Positions 42,657 through 53,945 of a stretch of DNA of 64,000 nucleotides are shown piece after piece. The notes beneath the pieces were generated by a model, which saw only the letters and a list, made by a program, of their open reading frames with translations, ran no database searches and was not told where the DNA came from. How positions within the stretch are numbered: the first letter of the stretch is position 1; each line of letters begins with the position of its first letter. Origin of the DNA: Candidatus Poribacteria bacterium. Its GTDB lineage: Bacteria > Poribacteria > WGA-4E > PCPOR2b. Made by a program: the position numbers and the translations under genes. The stretch is taken from contig OZ244587.1 of the NCBI GenBank assembly GCA_965218095.1, positions 3,648,001 through 3,712,000 on the forward strand. Direction: 5' to 3'.

Positions 42657-44594
42657 GGTTCTGTTGACATTTCAAGGGAGCCATATAAGAGTGGAGACAA
42701 AGCTGAGAAATCCAAAATAACGGACAGCTAGCTTCTCAAACCGAGAGAAGATACGACGATACCATTTTATCTTGTTAATGAAACATTCAACCCGATGTCT
42801 CTCTTTGTATTAAGTGTTTGTCATACGTTCTTTGGTCAACACGATGACTTTTTGGCGGTATCACCGCAATCGCTCCATTCGCCTCAATAACCGCGATAAA
42901 AGCGTCCGAATCGTACCCCTTGTCTCCAATCACATATTCACTGTTATATCCGATTATCAACCCTTCCGCCTCAGTTATGTGAGGGGTGTGCATAGTAGTT
43001 CATTGGAAAACAGCCGCCATATGAGAGATATTGCGAGCAGGTAACTTCCATATGGCATTGGCAATCATAGCCACTTGCACTGATAACACCCCGATAGCTA
43101 AACAACAGCGTACATTGAAAAACCCCTTGACCGGTAACTGCTTCTGTTGAGGAGTGGTGCCTATCACTTTAGCAATCAAGTCAAACAACGGTTCAACCGA
43201 ACTGCGACGTTTGCTTAAACAGAGACGCTGCTTGGGTTGGTTGATAAATCGATGATACGCCTTGGCAAACCGTCCCTTTGTCCATCTAAGTGCCGGGGTA
43301 ATCAAAGCGACTTGTGCCTTCGCCCAACGACGGATACGGTCTGCTTGGGTATAGGCATCATCGGCAGTGAGTGTCTGCGGTGAAAGTTGTGTCAGAATCT
43401 CAGACGCTTTAGCATCTATCGCCCAACTTTCGGAGACCGACGCACGGTGCACAGTTATCAGTGTTGGGAACGCACCTTGTGTGCAGATAATGTGAAGTCC
43501 GTAGCCATAGACCCAGCCATGATAACCACTCTTGCTCCACGTGGCATCGGTGTCGAGGTTGCGTAGATGTTTAGGTACTTTTCCTGCTTTGCGGTCAGTT
43601 TGATGCCAGACGGGTCCTCGTGCCTTAAATAAACTTTTGTCGGCTACCAGATGAGCCAAGTTGAATTGTTGGGACAAGTCAGTGGCATACTGACCGATAA
43701 ACAATACAAATGCCTCTATCACTTCATATAATGCCTTATAGCGACGTGCAATCGTGGTTCGATGAGGGGGCTGTTGCCACCCCAGCATTTGTAACACTTC
43801 TGGGTGATTGATTAGCCACCGCCATTGCGTTTTGAAGCCATAGATGCCGTGAAACTGCATCAACATGAAGAAAATGATAAACGAGGTGGTTGAATATGTC
43901 AATGGTTTTGCGTGTGTGACACCTGGTTTGTCAATACGGTGTTGCATAAACTGCTCAAAGAGTTGCATAATAAGAGTGACATAATCAGCCAACATTGGTC
44001 TTTGTACCATATTGGGGCTCCTTTTGCTATGATAACAATAGGAAACCCTTTTGGCTTGATTATGTCAACTATATTTATGCACACCCCTCAGTTATGTCAT
44101 GTCTCTGACCGGGGGTCAGATGAATTCTTAGGGGATTGCCTAGTCCGTCAACGGTGATGTGATTTTTTGTACTGAAACCGCCCCGAGACCGACCTAATGC
44201 TTGGTTTTCAGTGCCACCCTTTTTTTTAAGGCACCCGCCGCAGACGGGTGAGCGCGGCAGATGGTACTGTCCACAATAAGCGACTCGATATCGGGGTCAG
44301 AGGCAAAGTGGGGGTGCATCTGTGTGAAGATACCTTTGTCGCACCATCGAGCAAACCGCTTGTAGCGGGTGTTCCATTTGCCATAGGTGTCTGGTAGAAG
44401 TCTCCATTGAGCCCCACTACGAGTCACCCACAGAACCGCTTCGACGAAGCGGCGTGTAGCAGCTTCGTCGCCAACATAGATGGTGGGACAGCTTAGAAGA
44501 AACCGGTATATCTTATTCCATTGTTCATCAGGTAAGGTTATTGGCGTCATTCTTCTATTATGCCACAACCTTATACTCAAATGTCAACAGAACC
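42657..44594 (-). mobile_element. IS5 family element copy 3, interrupted by IS element A
   Basis: Same IRs as copies 1 and 2 in reverse orientation; nested insertion at 42981-44089. Confidence 0.92.
42981..44089 (-). mobile_element. IS element A, copy 2
   Basis: Same 1109-bp length and identical protein as copy 1; 8-bp TSD AGTTATGT. Confidence 0.95.
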
Positions 44595-44859
44595 TAGTTA
44601 GTCAACATGATCGACACACACGCCGCTCGGCGTGGATTGGCAAATCTACGCTACAACCGATGGATTTGGCAATCCATCGCGAGCGGTGGGTGTCTACTAT
44701 CTTTTTGACCACTACTACACATTCTTCCAATTTTTCGCACTTTTCGCAAAAACTATAGTGGTCACCAAGATGGGGAATCTCCTACGTCCCTTTCACGCTC
44801 CCTTAGATCAGAACAGCAAAGGCTGAGGCTTGATGGGAAAAATCAAGCCCAATCCAATA

Positions 44860-46008
44860 TCAGACCGGATATCTAATCTCCAACTTCTTAAATTCATCCT
44901 TGAGCTCGAAGGCTTTGCCCTCTTCCTGAATGCGCTCGCGGTCGAAGTTGTTCGCCGCTTCAACGAAGAAGTTGGTTACGACATCTTTGGCTTTGTAGTG
45001 TTTTTGGATTTGACCCAACCCATACACCGCGTCAATGTAAGCCTGCCATGACTCCAAATCGCTGTAGCCATAGCCCTTCCCGACGCGATCTCCGTCAAAA
45101 TAGATTGTGCCTAACTCAAGCATGGAATCCAGAGCCAGTTGAGGAGTCATCTGCTCCCGGAGCGCGGGAAATTGGGAATAGGTAATCTGGGCAGCCGCAC
45201 GGGGATTCGCTCGTGTGAATTCAAAAGCCATGCAGTTTGCCTTGAAGAAGCGTTTCCAGATGTCGATACGAGCTTCGTCTTGCAAGTCTTCACGCCGAAT
45301 GGCGTATCCGTTGGAGGGATGATTTGAGAAATCCTTCCCCACAAGGAACTTCAGTTTTAAGCCCAAAGCCAGCCATTGTGCTGCCAGACCACGCCATGCC
45401 AATCCGGCATCCGCCCGTCCTAGCGCGACCGCCTGTCCCCACTGGGGCCCCGCGTTAAGATAGGTGACGCGTTCCGGATCGATTCCTGCTTCGACCAGGA
45501 TGGGGTCTACAATGACACGCCACCCTTCGGAACCCAGCGCGATGGTCTTTCCCTCCAAATCCTGGACACTGGTGATTGGACTATCTACGGGCAAGGCGAA
45601 GTCAAAGACTTGCTTCATTACCATCTCCCAGACCAAAATGACCGGGATACCGGCATCAATACTCGACAGCAAGACCCCTGGCGATGGAAAGCCTATATCT
45701 GCCTGCTTTTCACCCACTAGCTTCGTCACTGCGAGAGCCTCCGTTGGACCGGGCTGTAGCTCGACCTCCAGGTTCACCTCCTTGAAATGCCCCATTTTTT
45801 CAGCCACCCAGAGATTGAAATCGTCCATGACTTCCAGGGTCCCTCGGGGCGATACCCAGATTACCTTGTCTGATCCTGCTGCCCGAAGTGGGGTTGCAGA
45901 CATACAAAGAGACGTGCCAAGGGCTGCTGTATACCCAAGGAATTGACGACGGGTCAACGGTCGCTTGATAAACGCGGTGTTCCGTTTTTTCAGTTTCTGA
46001 GCCTCCAT
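44860..46008 (-). CDS. ABC transporter substrate-binding protein (NMT1/SsuA type), Tat signal
   Basis: TRRQFLG twin-arginine motif; ITSVQDLEGKTIA. Confidence 0.85.
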   Translation of the reverse strand: MEAQKLKKRNTAFIKRPLTRRQFLGYTAALGTSLCMSATPLRAAGSDKVIWVSPRGTLEVMDDFNLWVAEKMGHFKEVNLEVELQPGPTEALAVTKLVGEKQADIGFPSPGVLLSSIDAGIPVILVWEMVMKQVFDFALPVDSPITSVQDLEGKTIALGSEGWRVIVDPILVEAGIDPERVTYLNAGPQWGQAVALGRADAGLAWRGLAAQWLALGLKLKFLVGKDFSNHPSNGYAIRREDLQDEARIDIWKRFFKANCMAFEFTRANPRAAAQITYSQFPALREQMTPQLALDSMLELGTIYFDGDRVGKGYGYSDLESWQAYIDAVYGLGQIQKHYKAKDVVTNFFVEAANNFDRERIQEEGKAFELKDEFKKLEIRYPV

Positions 46009-46225
46009 TTACAACCTCCTCTCGTGATGTGTGCTATCACTAAATGCGTGAGAAAATCCGTTCCATTTGGCGTATCGAGAAGACGACCCGGGATTTGAGT
46101 TCAAAGGTCAAGAGTTCAATGAACCCATGAACTTCTGAACTTTTACGAGGTGAATTTTCCAGTTCCGATGCGGGTTCTTTGGGAATGTGATAGTACACAT
46201 CCCAATATACAATCTTCAATCTTAT

Positions 46226-47044
46226 TCACGCTTCCCAATTCGCCCACTTTTTCCCCACGAGGAAAAAAATGACGTACAGGCTAATGCCGATAACGGCAAT
46301 GATGATGATCACGGCAAAGAAGTTTGCCATGCGGGCTAAAGACGAATAGTAAACGAGACGGTTGCCTAAGCCGGAACCACCCCCGACCATCTCTGCCCCG
46401 ATCGCCGTCAATAAGCCAAAAATTCCGCCCACCATAAGCCCCACGATGATCATAGGGAGCGCCAGCGGAAAGCGGACTTTGTAGAAAATTTGGAGGGTTG
46501 TTGCGCCATAGGATTGTGCCAGTGCAATTTTTGGCCTGTCTGTCCGCCGGAAGCCTGTGGCGGAATTTATCATCACCATCGGACCGACAGCCAGAGCGAC
46601 AGCGATGACGCGGGGAGTTTGCCCAAACCCGAACTTTAAGATTAGTAGGGGAACCAGCGCCAGCATCGGTGTCGTCACCAGTATAAGAATATAGGGTGTC
46701 ACAATCTTCTCCACAAGCGGGAATTGGGTAATAACCGCTGCCAGCAGGATGCCGATGATCGCACCGATGGCATAGCCGACTCCCAGTTCCTGTAAAGTCA
46801 CCCACAGATGAGGCGCCAGCAATGGGAAGGTCCGAACCAGCGCCCCAAAAATCTCGCTCGGTGGGGGAAAAACGTAGGAAGGAATGTGGAAAGCCCGCAC
46901 CCCGAGCTCAACAGCGGTGATAACGAGAACAGCTAAACCGATAATAATGACTATCTGCGTACCGGCAAAGTTCACTGAGGTCAAGGCTGACCAGTCAATG
47001 GAGCGATTCTCATCTGGTTTTTCATGACGGGGCTGTTCGACCAT
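46226..47044 (-). CDS. ABC transporter permease (SsuC/TauC type)
   Basis: FPPPSEI, PMLALVPL, AEMVGGGSGLG; RBS GGAGG before ATG 47044. Confidence 0.9.
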   Translation of the reverse strand: MVEQPRHEKPDENRSIDWSALTSVNFAGTQIVIIIGLAVLVITAVELGVRAFHIPSYVFPPPSEIFGALVRTFPLLAPHLWVTLQELGVGYAIGAIIGILLAAVITQFPLVEKIVTPYILILVTTPMLALVPLLILKFGFGQTPRVIAVALAVGPMVMINSATGFRRTDRPKIALAQSYGATTLQIFYKVRFPLALPMIIVGLMVGGIFGLLTAIGAEMVGGGSGLGNRLVYYSSLARMANFFAVIIIIAVIGISLYVIFFLVGKKWANWEA

Positions 47045-47831
47045 CCAACCCTCCTGCTCCCCTCTGAACATCTTGGTAAATGGTCTGCTTAATCTCACCG
47101 ACGAGATCAAAAAAGTGGCGTTCTGTGGTAATGGACAACGTCCGTGGGCGCGGCAGATCGATATTGTAAATCTGTGAGTTACGCCCCGGCCGATGCGTCA
47201 TAACAAATACTCGGTCCGATAGATACACCGCTTCAGGAATCTGATGAGTCACAAAGACAATCGTCTTGCGGGACTTCTCCCAGATTTCCAGGAGCATTAG
47301 GTTCATCTCATCGCGGGTAAAGGCATCGAGCGCCCCAAAAGGCTCATCCATGAGCAGCACTTTCGGGTCATAAGCCAGCGCCCGGACGATAGAAGCGCGC
47401 TGTTGCATGCCGCCGGACAGCTCTCGAGGGTGGTGACGTTCAAACCCCCGCAGGGCGGTCAATCCGAGTAATTCGTCAATGCGAGCTCGATACCGTTTGG
47501 GGTCTTCACCCATGATTTCAAACGGAAAGTGAATGTTTTGCAACAGATTCCGCCAGGGTAACAGATTGGCTTCCTGGAACACCATGCCGACCTCTCGCCG
47601 AGGTGCCTGAACTTCCCGTCCGTAAATGGTAATGCCCCCTGAAGTCAGGGGCCAGAGGGCAGCCATCGCCCATAGCATCGTGCTTTTGCCACAGCCACTG
47701 GGTCCAACGATAGTTACGAATTGCCCTTCATCAACCGTCATGTTGAACCCATCCAGGGCATGCACTGCCCCTCGCGCGCCGTTGAAAGTTTTTGCTGCCT
47801 TCTCAACTACAATGACAGGTTGGTTGCTCAT
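47022..47831 (-). CDS. ABC transporter ATP-binding protein
   Basis: GPSGCGKST, LSGGMQQR, LLMDEPFGALD. Confidence 0.95.
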   Translation of the reverse strand: MSNQPVIVVEKAAKTFNGARGAVHALDGFNMTVDEGQFVTIVGPSGCGKSTMLWAMAALWPLTSGGITIYGREVQAPRREVGMVFQEANLLPWRNLLQNIHFPFEIMGEDPKRYRARIDELLGLTALRGFERHHPRELSGGMQQRASIVRALAYDPKVLLMDEPFGALDAFTRDEMNLMLLEIWEKSRKTIVFVTHQIPEAVYLSDRVFVMTHRPGRNSQIYNIDLPRPRTLSITTERHFFDLVGEIKQTIYQDVQRGAGGLDGRTAPS

Positions 47832-47918
47832 GAGGCTTTATTCTAGGCTATAAAATGATCTTCACAGGTCAAATTGTCTAAAATCGCAATGTGGTGATGT
47901 CCCGTTCGCAGGGCGGCG

Positions 47919-48290
47919 TCAGAGTTCAAGCGGTTCGGGCGTACGGAGGATGAACGTCTTCTTGACGTATTTTGGGACATGCCACGTCGTTTTCAGTCCG
48001 AACGGCAGGTGGACAAAATCACTAGCCCGCAGGGTGTACCGTTGACCTCCTTCTTCCGCAATGGTCACTTCGCCCTCAAGTACCACCACAAACTCGTCCC
48101 ATATGTAGTCCCAACTGAACTTGCCCGCCGTACAATCCCAAACACCCTGCGTTACCTTGAGGTCGGACGATTGGGCGGCGATCCAGATTCTGGCAGCGGG
48201 TTCGCCCTCCAGAATCTGCTCGCTGGGAATTGGGAAATCAGCAAGCTGGACTGACGATCCCTCGTTCACTTTGGCTGATAGTATATTCAT
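47919..48290 (-). CDS. cupin (DUF861/EutQ-like)
   Basis: ILEGEP, GVWDCTAGKF, DEFVVVLEGEV; likely start MNILS at 48290. Confidence 0.85.
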   Translation of the reverse strand: MNILSAKVNEGSSVQLADFPIPSEQILEGEPAARIWIAAQSSDLKVTQGVWDCTAGKFSWDYIWDEFVVVLEGEVTIAEEGGQRYTLRASDFVHLPFGLKTTWHVPKYVKKTFILRTPEPLEL

Positions 48291-48559
48291 TATTGATTCC
48301 TTTCTCTGTTTTCTCCTGTCCCGGCCAGGTCCACGGCTCTGGTGAACCTCCGGAACTTCGCTAGAAGATTTCCGGTCGATGATGTCACTCCGCTGTCGAT
48401 CGTCGCTGGTAAGACGATCTCGGGGCTTATGTTTCAATCACGGATTGTCAATTTTAATAGTCTAGCATAACTGAGATAAAGATGCAACTGAGAATCTTTG
48501 TAAATTTCTGTCGAATTATAGGAATTTTTGTCGTATAATTATATAGTGAACTCATAATG

Positions 48560-48870
48560 ATGCCATCGCCCCTTTTTTAACGACGGTATTTGACCTATCC
48601 CCATCAAGTCGTGAGGTGTCGAATTGGTCTGTGTCGAGCAGATGTATCACCGACGCCTAAAAAAGTTGTTGATAGAATCCATTTTTTGACCATTGACTCT
48701 ACCAGTTGTAGACTTCGATCCGTGGAGTTGATTGCGTCGTGTTCTAAGTTGATTCAATTGAATGCGAGTATGCAAAACATAGAGGATATAGTTGAATATC
48801 TTGTAGAAGGAGAGTTTTGGCTTTGGGCCTTTTGCTCGTTAAATATGGCAAGATATAGCGGTTAAAATCC
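48560..48870 (-). mobile_element. degraded IS5-like transposase orfA remnant
   Basis: KGPKPKLSFYKIFNYILYVLHTRIQ segment and a TTAAAAAAGGGG slippery-like site; boundaries approximate. Confidence 0.5.
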
Positions 48871-49021
48871 TTACGGGAAACCTGCTTGGGAATAATGTTG
48901 TATCTCGGTTACTTTTGATCTTCGTGTTCCATATAAGAAGCCTCCTCAAGAATGGAAGCACTAGCGAGTGATCGTATGTTAAGCTCCCCAAAAAGATTCA
49001 AACGTATTCCAGGAGAACCCA

Positions 49022-50022
49022 GTGGCTAACCCAGTTTTTCGGATTGTCCTGATCGGTACCGATTTCAGAGGAAGCGACAAAATCCTCCCTCACGTGAGGC
49101 GAAAGATCCAGAAGCACGGCGGAGAGTTGGTCGTAATCGACAATGCGACGACTGAAGCGGAAGTCATCGCGGCGAGCCGTGACGCCGACGGATTGCTCTA
49201 CAGGTGTGGTGTGCTGCCCAGCCGACGCATCCTTGAGGCGCTGCCCAGGTGCAAGATCATTGCGAGCATACGTGTCGGTTTCCCCGCCGATTGTGACACC
49301 GCGACGGACAACGGCATCATCATCACCAATGTACCGGACGTGTCTACCAACACCGTCGCCGATCATGCGATGGCACATCTGTTGGCGAGCCATCGCGGGT
49401 TGGTCATGCTCGACAGAAAGCTGCGCAACGGCGTCCCATGGAAAGCGGCGAAGGGATACGAGTACACCTTGCCTCAATTGAGCAAGACCACGCTGGGGCT
49501 GATTGGGTTTGGCAGAATTGGACAGTCCGTCGCAAAACGAGCCAAAGCGTTTGGGATGAAAGTCATCGCTTATTCGCGCAGCCTTGATGCGGCATCAGTC
49601 GCTAAACACGGCGTCGAAACGGTGGGGATGGATGATCTGTTGCGGCACAGCGATATCGTGTCATTCCGTTGACGGATGAGACGCGCGGTCTCATCGGGGA
49701 GCGCGAATTCAAACTGATGAAGCCAACCGTTATCTTGATTAACACAACACGCGGGGACGTAGTAGACCGAGAGGCGTTACTTCATGCGCTTCGTGAAAAA
49801 TGGATTCTCGCGGGGTCGTTTGATGCGCCGCCAGGCGAGCCCCTGGATCCCGATGACTTTCTGTTGTCAATGGACAACGTGATCGTGTCGCCCCACTCCG
49901 GGGGTGGCTTTGATCGATTGCAGTTCGACTCTATGCACAGTGCGCTCACCGGTGTCCTAGAGGTCATGCGGGGGCGGTTGCCACGAATTGAATCCGTCAT
50001 GAATCCCGAGGTGTTAGATTAA
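49022..50022 (+). pseudogene. D-2-hydroxyacid dehydrogenase, frameshifted
   Basis: GLIGFGRIG; break after DIVS, resumes as LTDETRGLIG...INTTRG...SPHSG. Confidence 0.85.
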
Positions 50023-50067
50023 CCCGTGAAATTTCTATGCGTGGTTTGAATTTAGAATTGGTATAGC

Positions 50068-50900
50068 ATGCCTAAAATCCGATTGAATTTCTTCGTGAGC
50101 CTTTGGAACTATCTATACCACAATGCCCCCAAAAGCCTTGACGCAATTTTGCGCGAGATTGCGACCAACGGTTTCGGCATCGAGCTCTGGCCCGCTATCT
50201 ACTCGTTTGCCCCCTACAGACCTGCATACCACCCGAGTTTTCCGAAAAAGGACAACTGGTCGGAGATGGATGATCTGTTCAAAGCGGAGCACAAGGAGTG
50301 GCTTCGGGACGCATTGGGCAGAATGCGTTCGTGTTGGCATAGCCGCGCTTTTGACGATGACCCTAAGTGTTATGCCGCGTTCGATGCCTACAAAGAGAAA
50401 ATCGATACCGTCGCCTACCTTGGCAGCGAAGCCATCTTGGTTCACTACATCGGCGAAGATCTGACAACTCAGGAGTTCACCGGCAGGCGCCCAGATTTTG
50501 TCCGAAGTGTCTTCGACTACGCCGAAAGCAGGGATGTGAAAATCGCTCTAGAAACCTGTGATTTTGTATCACTGAAGTAGGCAGTTGATGCGTTTGAAAA
50601 CTTAGGTGTCTGTCTGGACCCCGCCTGCATTCGAGACTGGTCTGCATACAGTTTGCAGGATTTTGTCGAAGCCACCAGAGATTGCATCTGTTCCTTCATC
50701 TTTATGACTCAAGGGAAGGTGAGAGCCACCTGACTCCGGGGACGGGGGACATTCCCAGGGAAAACTAGTTGTACATGCTTGAAGTCTTGGGTGCGGCGAA
50801 CTTTCAGGTCCCAGCGGTATTGGAGATTCGGCCTCCAAAGGAGAAGGCCGGACAGACACCCATCAAAGCAGCCATTGAAGCACGCGAGTTCTTCGATGGT
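50068..50900 (+). pseudogene. sugar phosphate isomerase/epimerase (TIM barrel), disrupted
   Basis: GIELW, VKIALET; in-frame TAG at 50578-50580 then AVDAFENLGVCLDPA...HLYD; 3' end approximate. Confidence 0.65.
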
Positions 50901-51040
50901 TTGCAATGTTCAACGAAAAGAGATTGAATATTGCCAAGATTGAAAATTGAATAACGAAAACAACAATTAAGCCCGCAATCTTTAGGCAAAAGTCAATCTT
51001 CAATAATCAATAGCCAATGAAACAAGGGAGGATTAGACCC

Positions 51041-51565
51041 ATGTGGAAAACCTTCAAAGTCAAAGTAGAACCGCTCACCCCCGAAGCCTTCGCGCCATTC
51101 GGGGAGGTGATCGAGTCGTTTGAGGAAGCCAAACCAGAGATAGCAAAAGGAGGGCTCAGGACGAATGCGTATACCGTAACCGCAGCCCTTTCCGATATGC
51201 CTTCGGATCCCGAGTCTCAGAAGACGCCGCTCTCCGAGGGGCTCCAGCGGGCGCACTTCGCCTTTCACACCGACGCGGGTCAGGCGTTCTATCCAAGCCG
51301 TCACTGTCCGACGGTGTTTTTGGTCGGGCCCGTTAAAGAGACCTTGGAGGCGGAAGACGTGCGTGCCTTCCATACGGATGGGAGCCTGGGCATCTGTTTG
51401 GGCCTCAAGGTCTGGCATACTATGCCCATCTGTGTGGAGGGTGTTGACGTCTACCAAACAGTCCGCGGCGATCAGGACTATCACGCCCACTCGGTCGAGG
51501 TCGATTTCGATCTAGAGCAGGGGTTGGCGATTGAACCGGATTTGGCGAATTTTAACCGTCAATGA
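51041..51565 (+). CDS. ureidoglycolate lyase family protein
   Basis: VEPLTPEAFAPFGEVI, QAFYP, VRAFHTDG, VWH. Confidence 0.8.
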   Translation: MWKTFKVKVEPLTPEAFAPFGEVIESFEEAKPEIAKGGLRTNAYTVTAALSDMPSDPESQKTPLSEGLQRAHFAFHTDAGQAFYPSRHCPTVFLVGPVKETLEAEDVRAFHTDGSLGICLGLKVWHTMPICVEGVDVYQTVRGDQDYHAHSVEVDFDLEQGLAIEPDLANFNRQ

Positions 51566-51798
51566 GGGGTAATCTCCATTGCGTTGACTCAGTTGAAGGA
51601 TGAAAATTTGTAGTTAGGTCTCTAGCGTAGCGAGATCGCGTGTAGCGGGACGATTCATCACCGTCGAGACGCGCAATGACCCCTATGGATCGGGATGTAA
51701 GTTGCTCCCAATGAAGCATCGAGGACTAAGAAGTTTGAATCCCGCATAGCGGGGCAATTGCGCTACTACAAACTAGGTGTAACTTTTACGGAGGCAAC

Positions 51799-53037
51799 AT
51801 GGATAAAATCAGACTTGGATTGGTCGGCTGCGGCGGGATGGGGACGCGGCATCTCTACGGTTTGCGGGAGTTGACGCAGAGTCCCTTCTGCAACGTTGAA
51901 CTGTGCGCCCTGTGTGACATTCGCCGCGATAATGCCGAGCTGGCTGCCGCGGAAGCGGAGAAGCTGCTGAACGTCCGTCCGGCGATCTTCACCGATCTGG
52001 AGGAGATGACGCGCAAGACGCCCGACCTTGCCGCCGTAGACGTGGTGACGGATCCGTCAGTACATCACGACGTCGTGTGTCAGGCGCTAGAACTTGGGCT
52101 GGATGTGATGGTGGAAAAGCCAATGGCAATCACCGTAAGGGCGTGCCAGAAGATGCTCGAAGCGGCGGAACGGAACGGGCGTAGGCTGTCGGTGGCGGAG
52201 AACTTTCGTCGCGATCCGTCCGCCCGCCTGGTCCGCCATCTCCTGGAGACGGGCGCAATAGGGACGCCCTACATGGCGTTGTTCCATTCGCTGAGTCCGG
52301 GGGATGGGATCTTCATCACGCCCTGGCGCCATCTCAAGGAAAGAGGTGGGGCTATCCTCGACATGGCAGTTCACTTTACCCATATGATCCGGTATCAACT
52401 CGGCGATATAGCGGAAGTTTACGGGGATGTGAGGCTGGTAGAGCCGGTGAGGAAAAAGCCGAAAAGCATCGGCGACACCTACACGTTCTACCAGAACCGA
52501 TTCCGGGCGATGGAGGGTGAAGTGCCGGCGACGGCAGAAGACACTTCGCTGGCAATGTTCAGGATGGAGAGCGGGGTGACTGTGAACTGGCTGGTTGGTC
52601 TAGGCGGACACGACGGTTGCGGCGGTGAACTTATCCTGGGTGATCAAGGAAGCATCAATGGCTTTGGGACTCGAGGCGGCAGAATCAGTATGAAGCGAGC
52701 GAGCCAAGAAGAGATGAGCCACGAAAATATCCTAGCAGTCGAAGATGAGTTTGCCCTGGAGCCCCTGGCGGAGCATCTGTTTCCATCCGGAGTTTCCGTC
52801 GCGGACCCTGCCGTGGATTGGAAGCTGATTGCCCTTGAATATTACGAATTGGCTGAAGCTATCCTCAATGGACGTGAGATAGAAGTCGATGCCGTCTGCG
52901 GATTGAAAGATGTGGCGGCGCTCTACGCAATATTTGAGTCATCCAGAGCTGGTTGGGCGGTGAAGATGAGTGAGGTGGAGACCTGCCAGGTTTACGATTA
53001 TCAGGCAGAAATCGACGAAGCACTGAGGATTAGATGA
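51799..53037 (+). CDS. Gfo/Idh/MocA oxidoreductase
   Basis: GLVGCGGMG, VMVEKPMA, DMAVH. Confidence 0.9.
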   Translation: MDKIRLGLVGCGGMGTRHLYGLRELTQSPFCNVELCALCDIRRDNAELAAAEAEKLLNVRPAIFTDLEEMTRKTPDLAAVDVVTDPSVHHDVVCQALELGLDVMVEKPMAITVRACQKMLEAAERNGRRLSVAENFRRDPSARLVRHLLETGAIGTPYMALFHSLSPGDGIFITPWRHLKERGGAILDMAVHFTHMIRYQLGDIAEVYGDVRLVEPVRKKPKSIGDTYTFYQNRFRAMEGEVPATAEDTSLAMFRMESGVTVNWLVGLGGHDGCGGELILGDQGSINGFGTRGGRISMKRASQEEMSHENILAVEDEFALEPLAEHLFPSGVSVADPAVDWKLIALEYYELAEAILNGREIEVDAVCGLKDVAALYAIFESSRAGWAVKMSEVETCQVYDYQAEIDEALRIR

Positions 53038-53052
53038 TAAGGGAGGTTTTTT

Positions 53053-53925
53053 ATGGAATATCGTAAATTCGGAAAAATTGGCATCAAGTTAAGCATAATG
53101 GGGCTCGGAGGGCTGCTGGCGCATTATGAGGGTGTCTGCGGCCATCCACCGCCAGACGAGAAGCGACGAATCTACCTGCGGGCAGCCGAATTGGGAATTA
53201 ACCTGTTTGACATGGGCTACGGGGACGAAATCCATATCCCGGAGGAATTGAAGGGACCCGGGGAGAATCGTCACTTTTCCCTGAAAGTCGGTGCGCCACG
53301 CGCAGAAGATCTGGAAGGATTGGTCGAGAAGCATCTCAGGAATATTAGCAGAGATACAATTGATATCCTTCGTGTGCATCACTACGCCTACGTTCAAGAC
53401 AACCAGTTGGCTGAACGAATTGTTGACCTCAGACGGGTGGGAAAGGTGCGATCGCTCTGTCTAATCCGCCACTTCCGGGCAGATCAGGAAGCGTACACTG
53501 AACGCGGACCGGAGCCGGAAGCCGACGCAGACCTGGTCATCTACAACTACGTTTGTCGCTGGCAGGCGCCGGGCATCGAACTTTCTGCTCAGGCTGGAAA
53601 GGGCGTGCTAATTATGAAGGCGCTCGGCAGTCAGTGGCTCAGTTGGGAAGATAAAACACGGACGGACTGGACGCAGGCAACAAAGGAGACCATCGTGAAG
53701 CTCTCACCGCGAGGCGAGGGCATCCGCAGCGATTTGGATCTTGCTCATCCGATTATGGCCGGTCCCTGGCGTGAACTAGCTGACCCCGGAGAGGACATTC
53801 CACGGACGGCGCGGGCGCTACGATGGGTATTGGAAAACAAGGGTGTGAACAGTGTCCTGGTGGCTGTCGCCAGCGTCAAAGAACTGGAGGAGACCCTTGG
53901 TATTAGATCGTGCAAAGGAAAATGA
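53053..53925 (+). CDS. aldo/keto reductase family protein
   Basis: MEYRKFGK...SIMGLG, GINLFDMGY, GKVR, ALRWVL. Confidence 0.75.
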   Translation: MEYRKFGKIGIKLSIMGLGGLLAHYEGVCGHPPPDEKRRIYLRAAELGINLFDMGYGDEIHIPEELKGPGENRHFSLKVGAPRAEDLEGLVEKHLRNISRDTIDILRVHHYAYVQDNQLAERIVDLRRVGKVRSLCLIRHFRADQEAYTERGPEPEADADLVIYNYVCRWQAPGIELSAQAGKGVLIMKALGSQWLSWEDKTRTDWTQATKETIVKLSPRGEGIRSDLDLAHPIMAGPWRELADPGEDIPRTARALRWVLENKGVNSVLVAVASVKELEETLGIRSCKGK

Positions 53926-53945
53926 CAAAGGCTGGGAGAGAAACG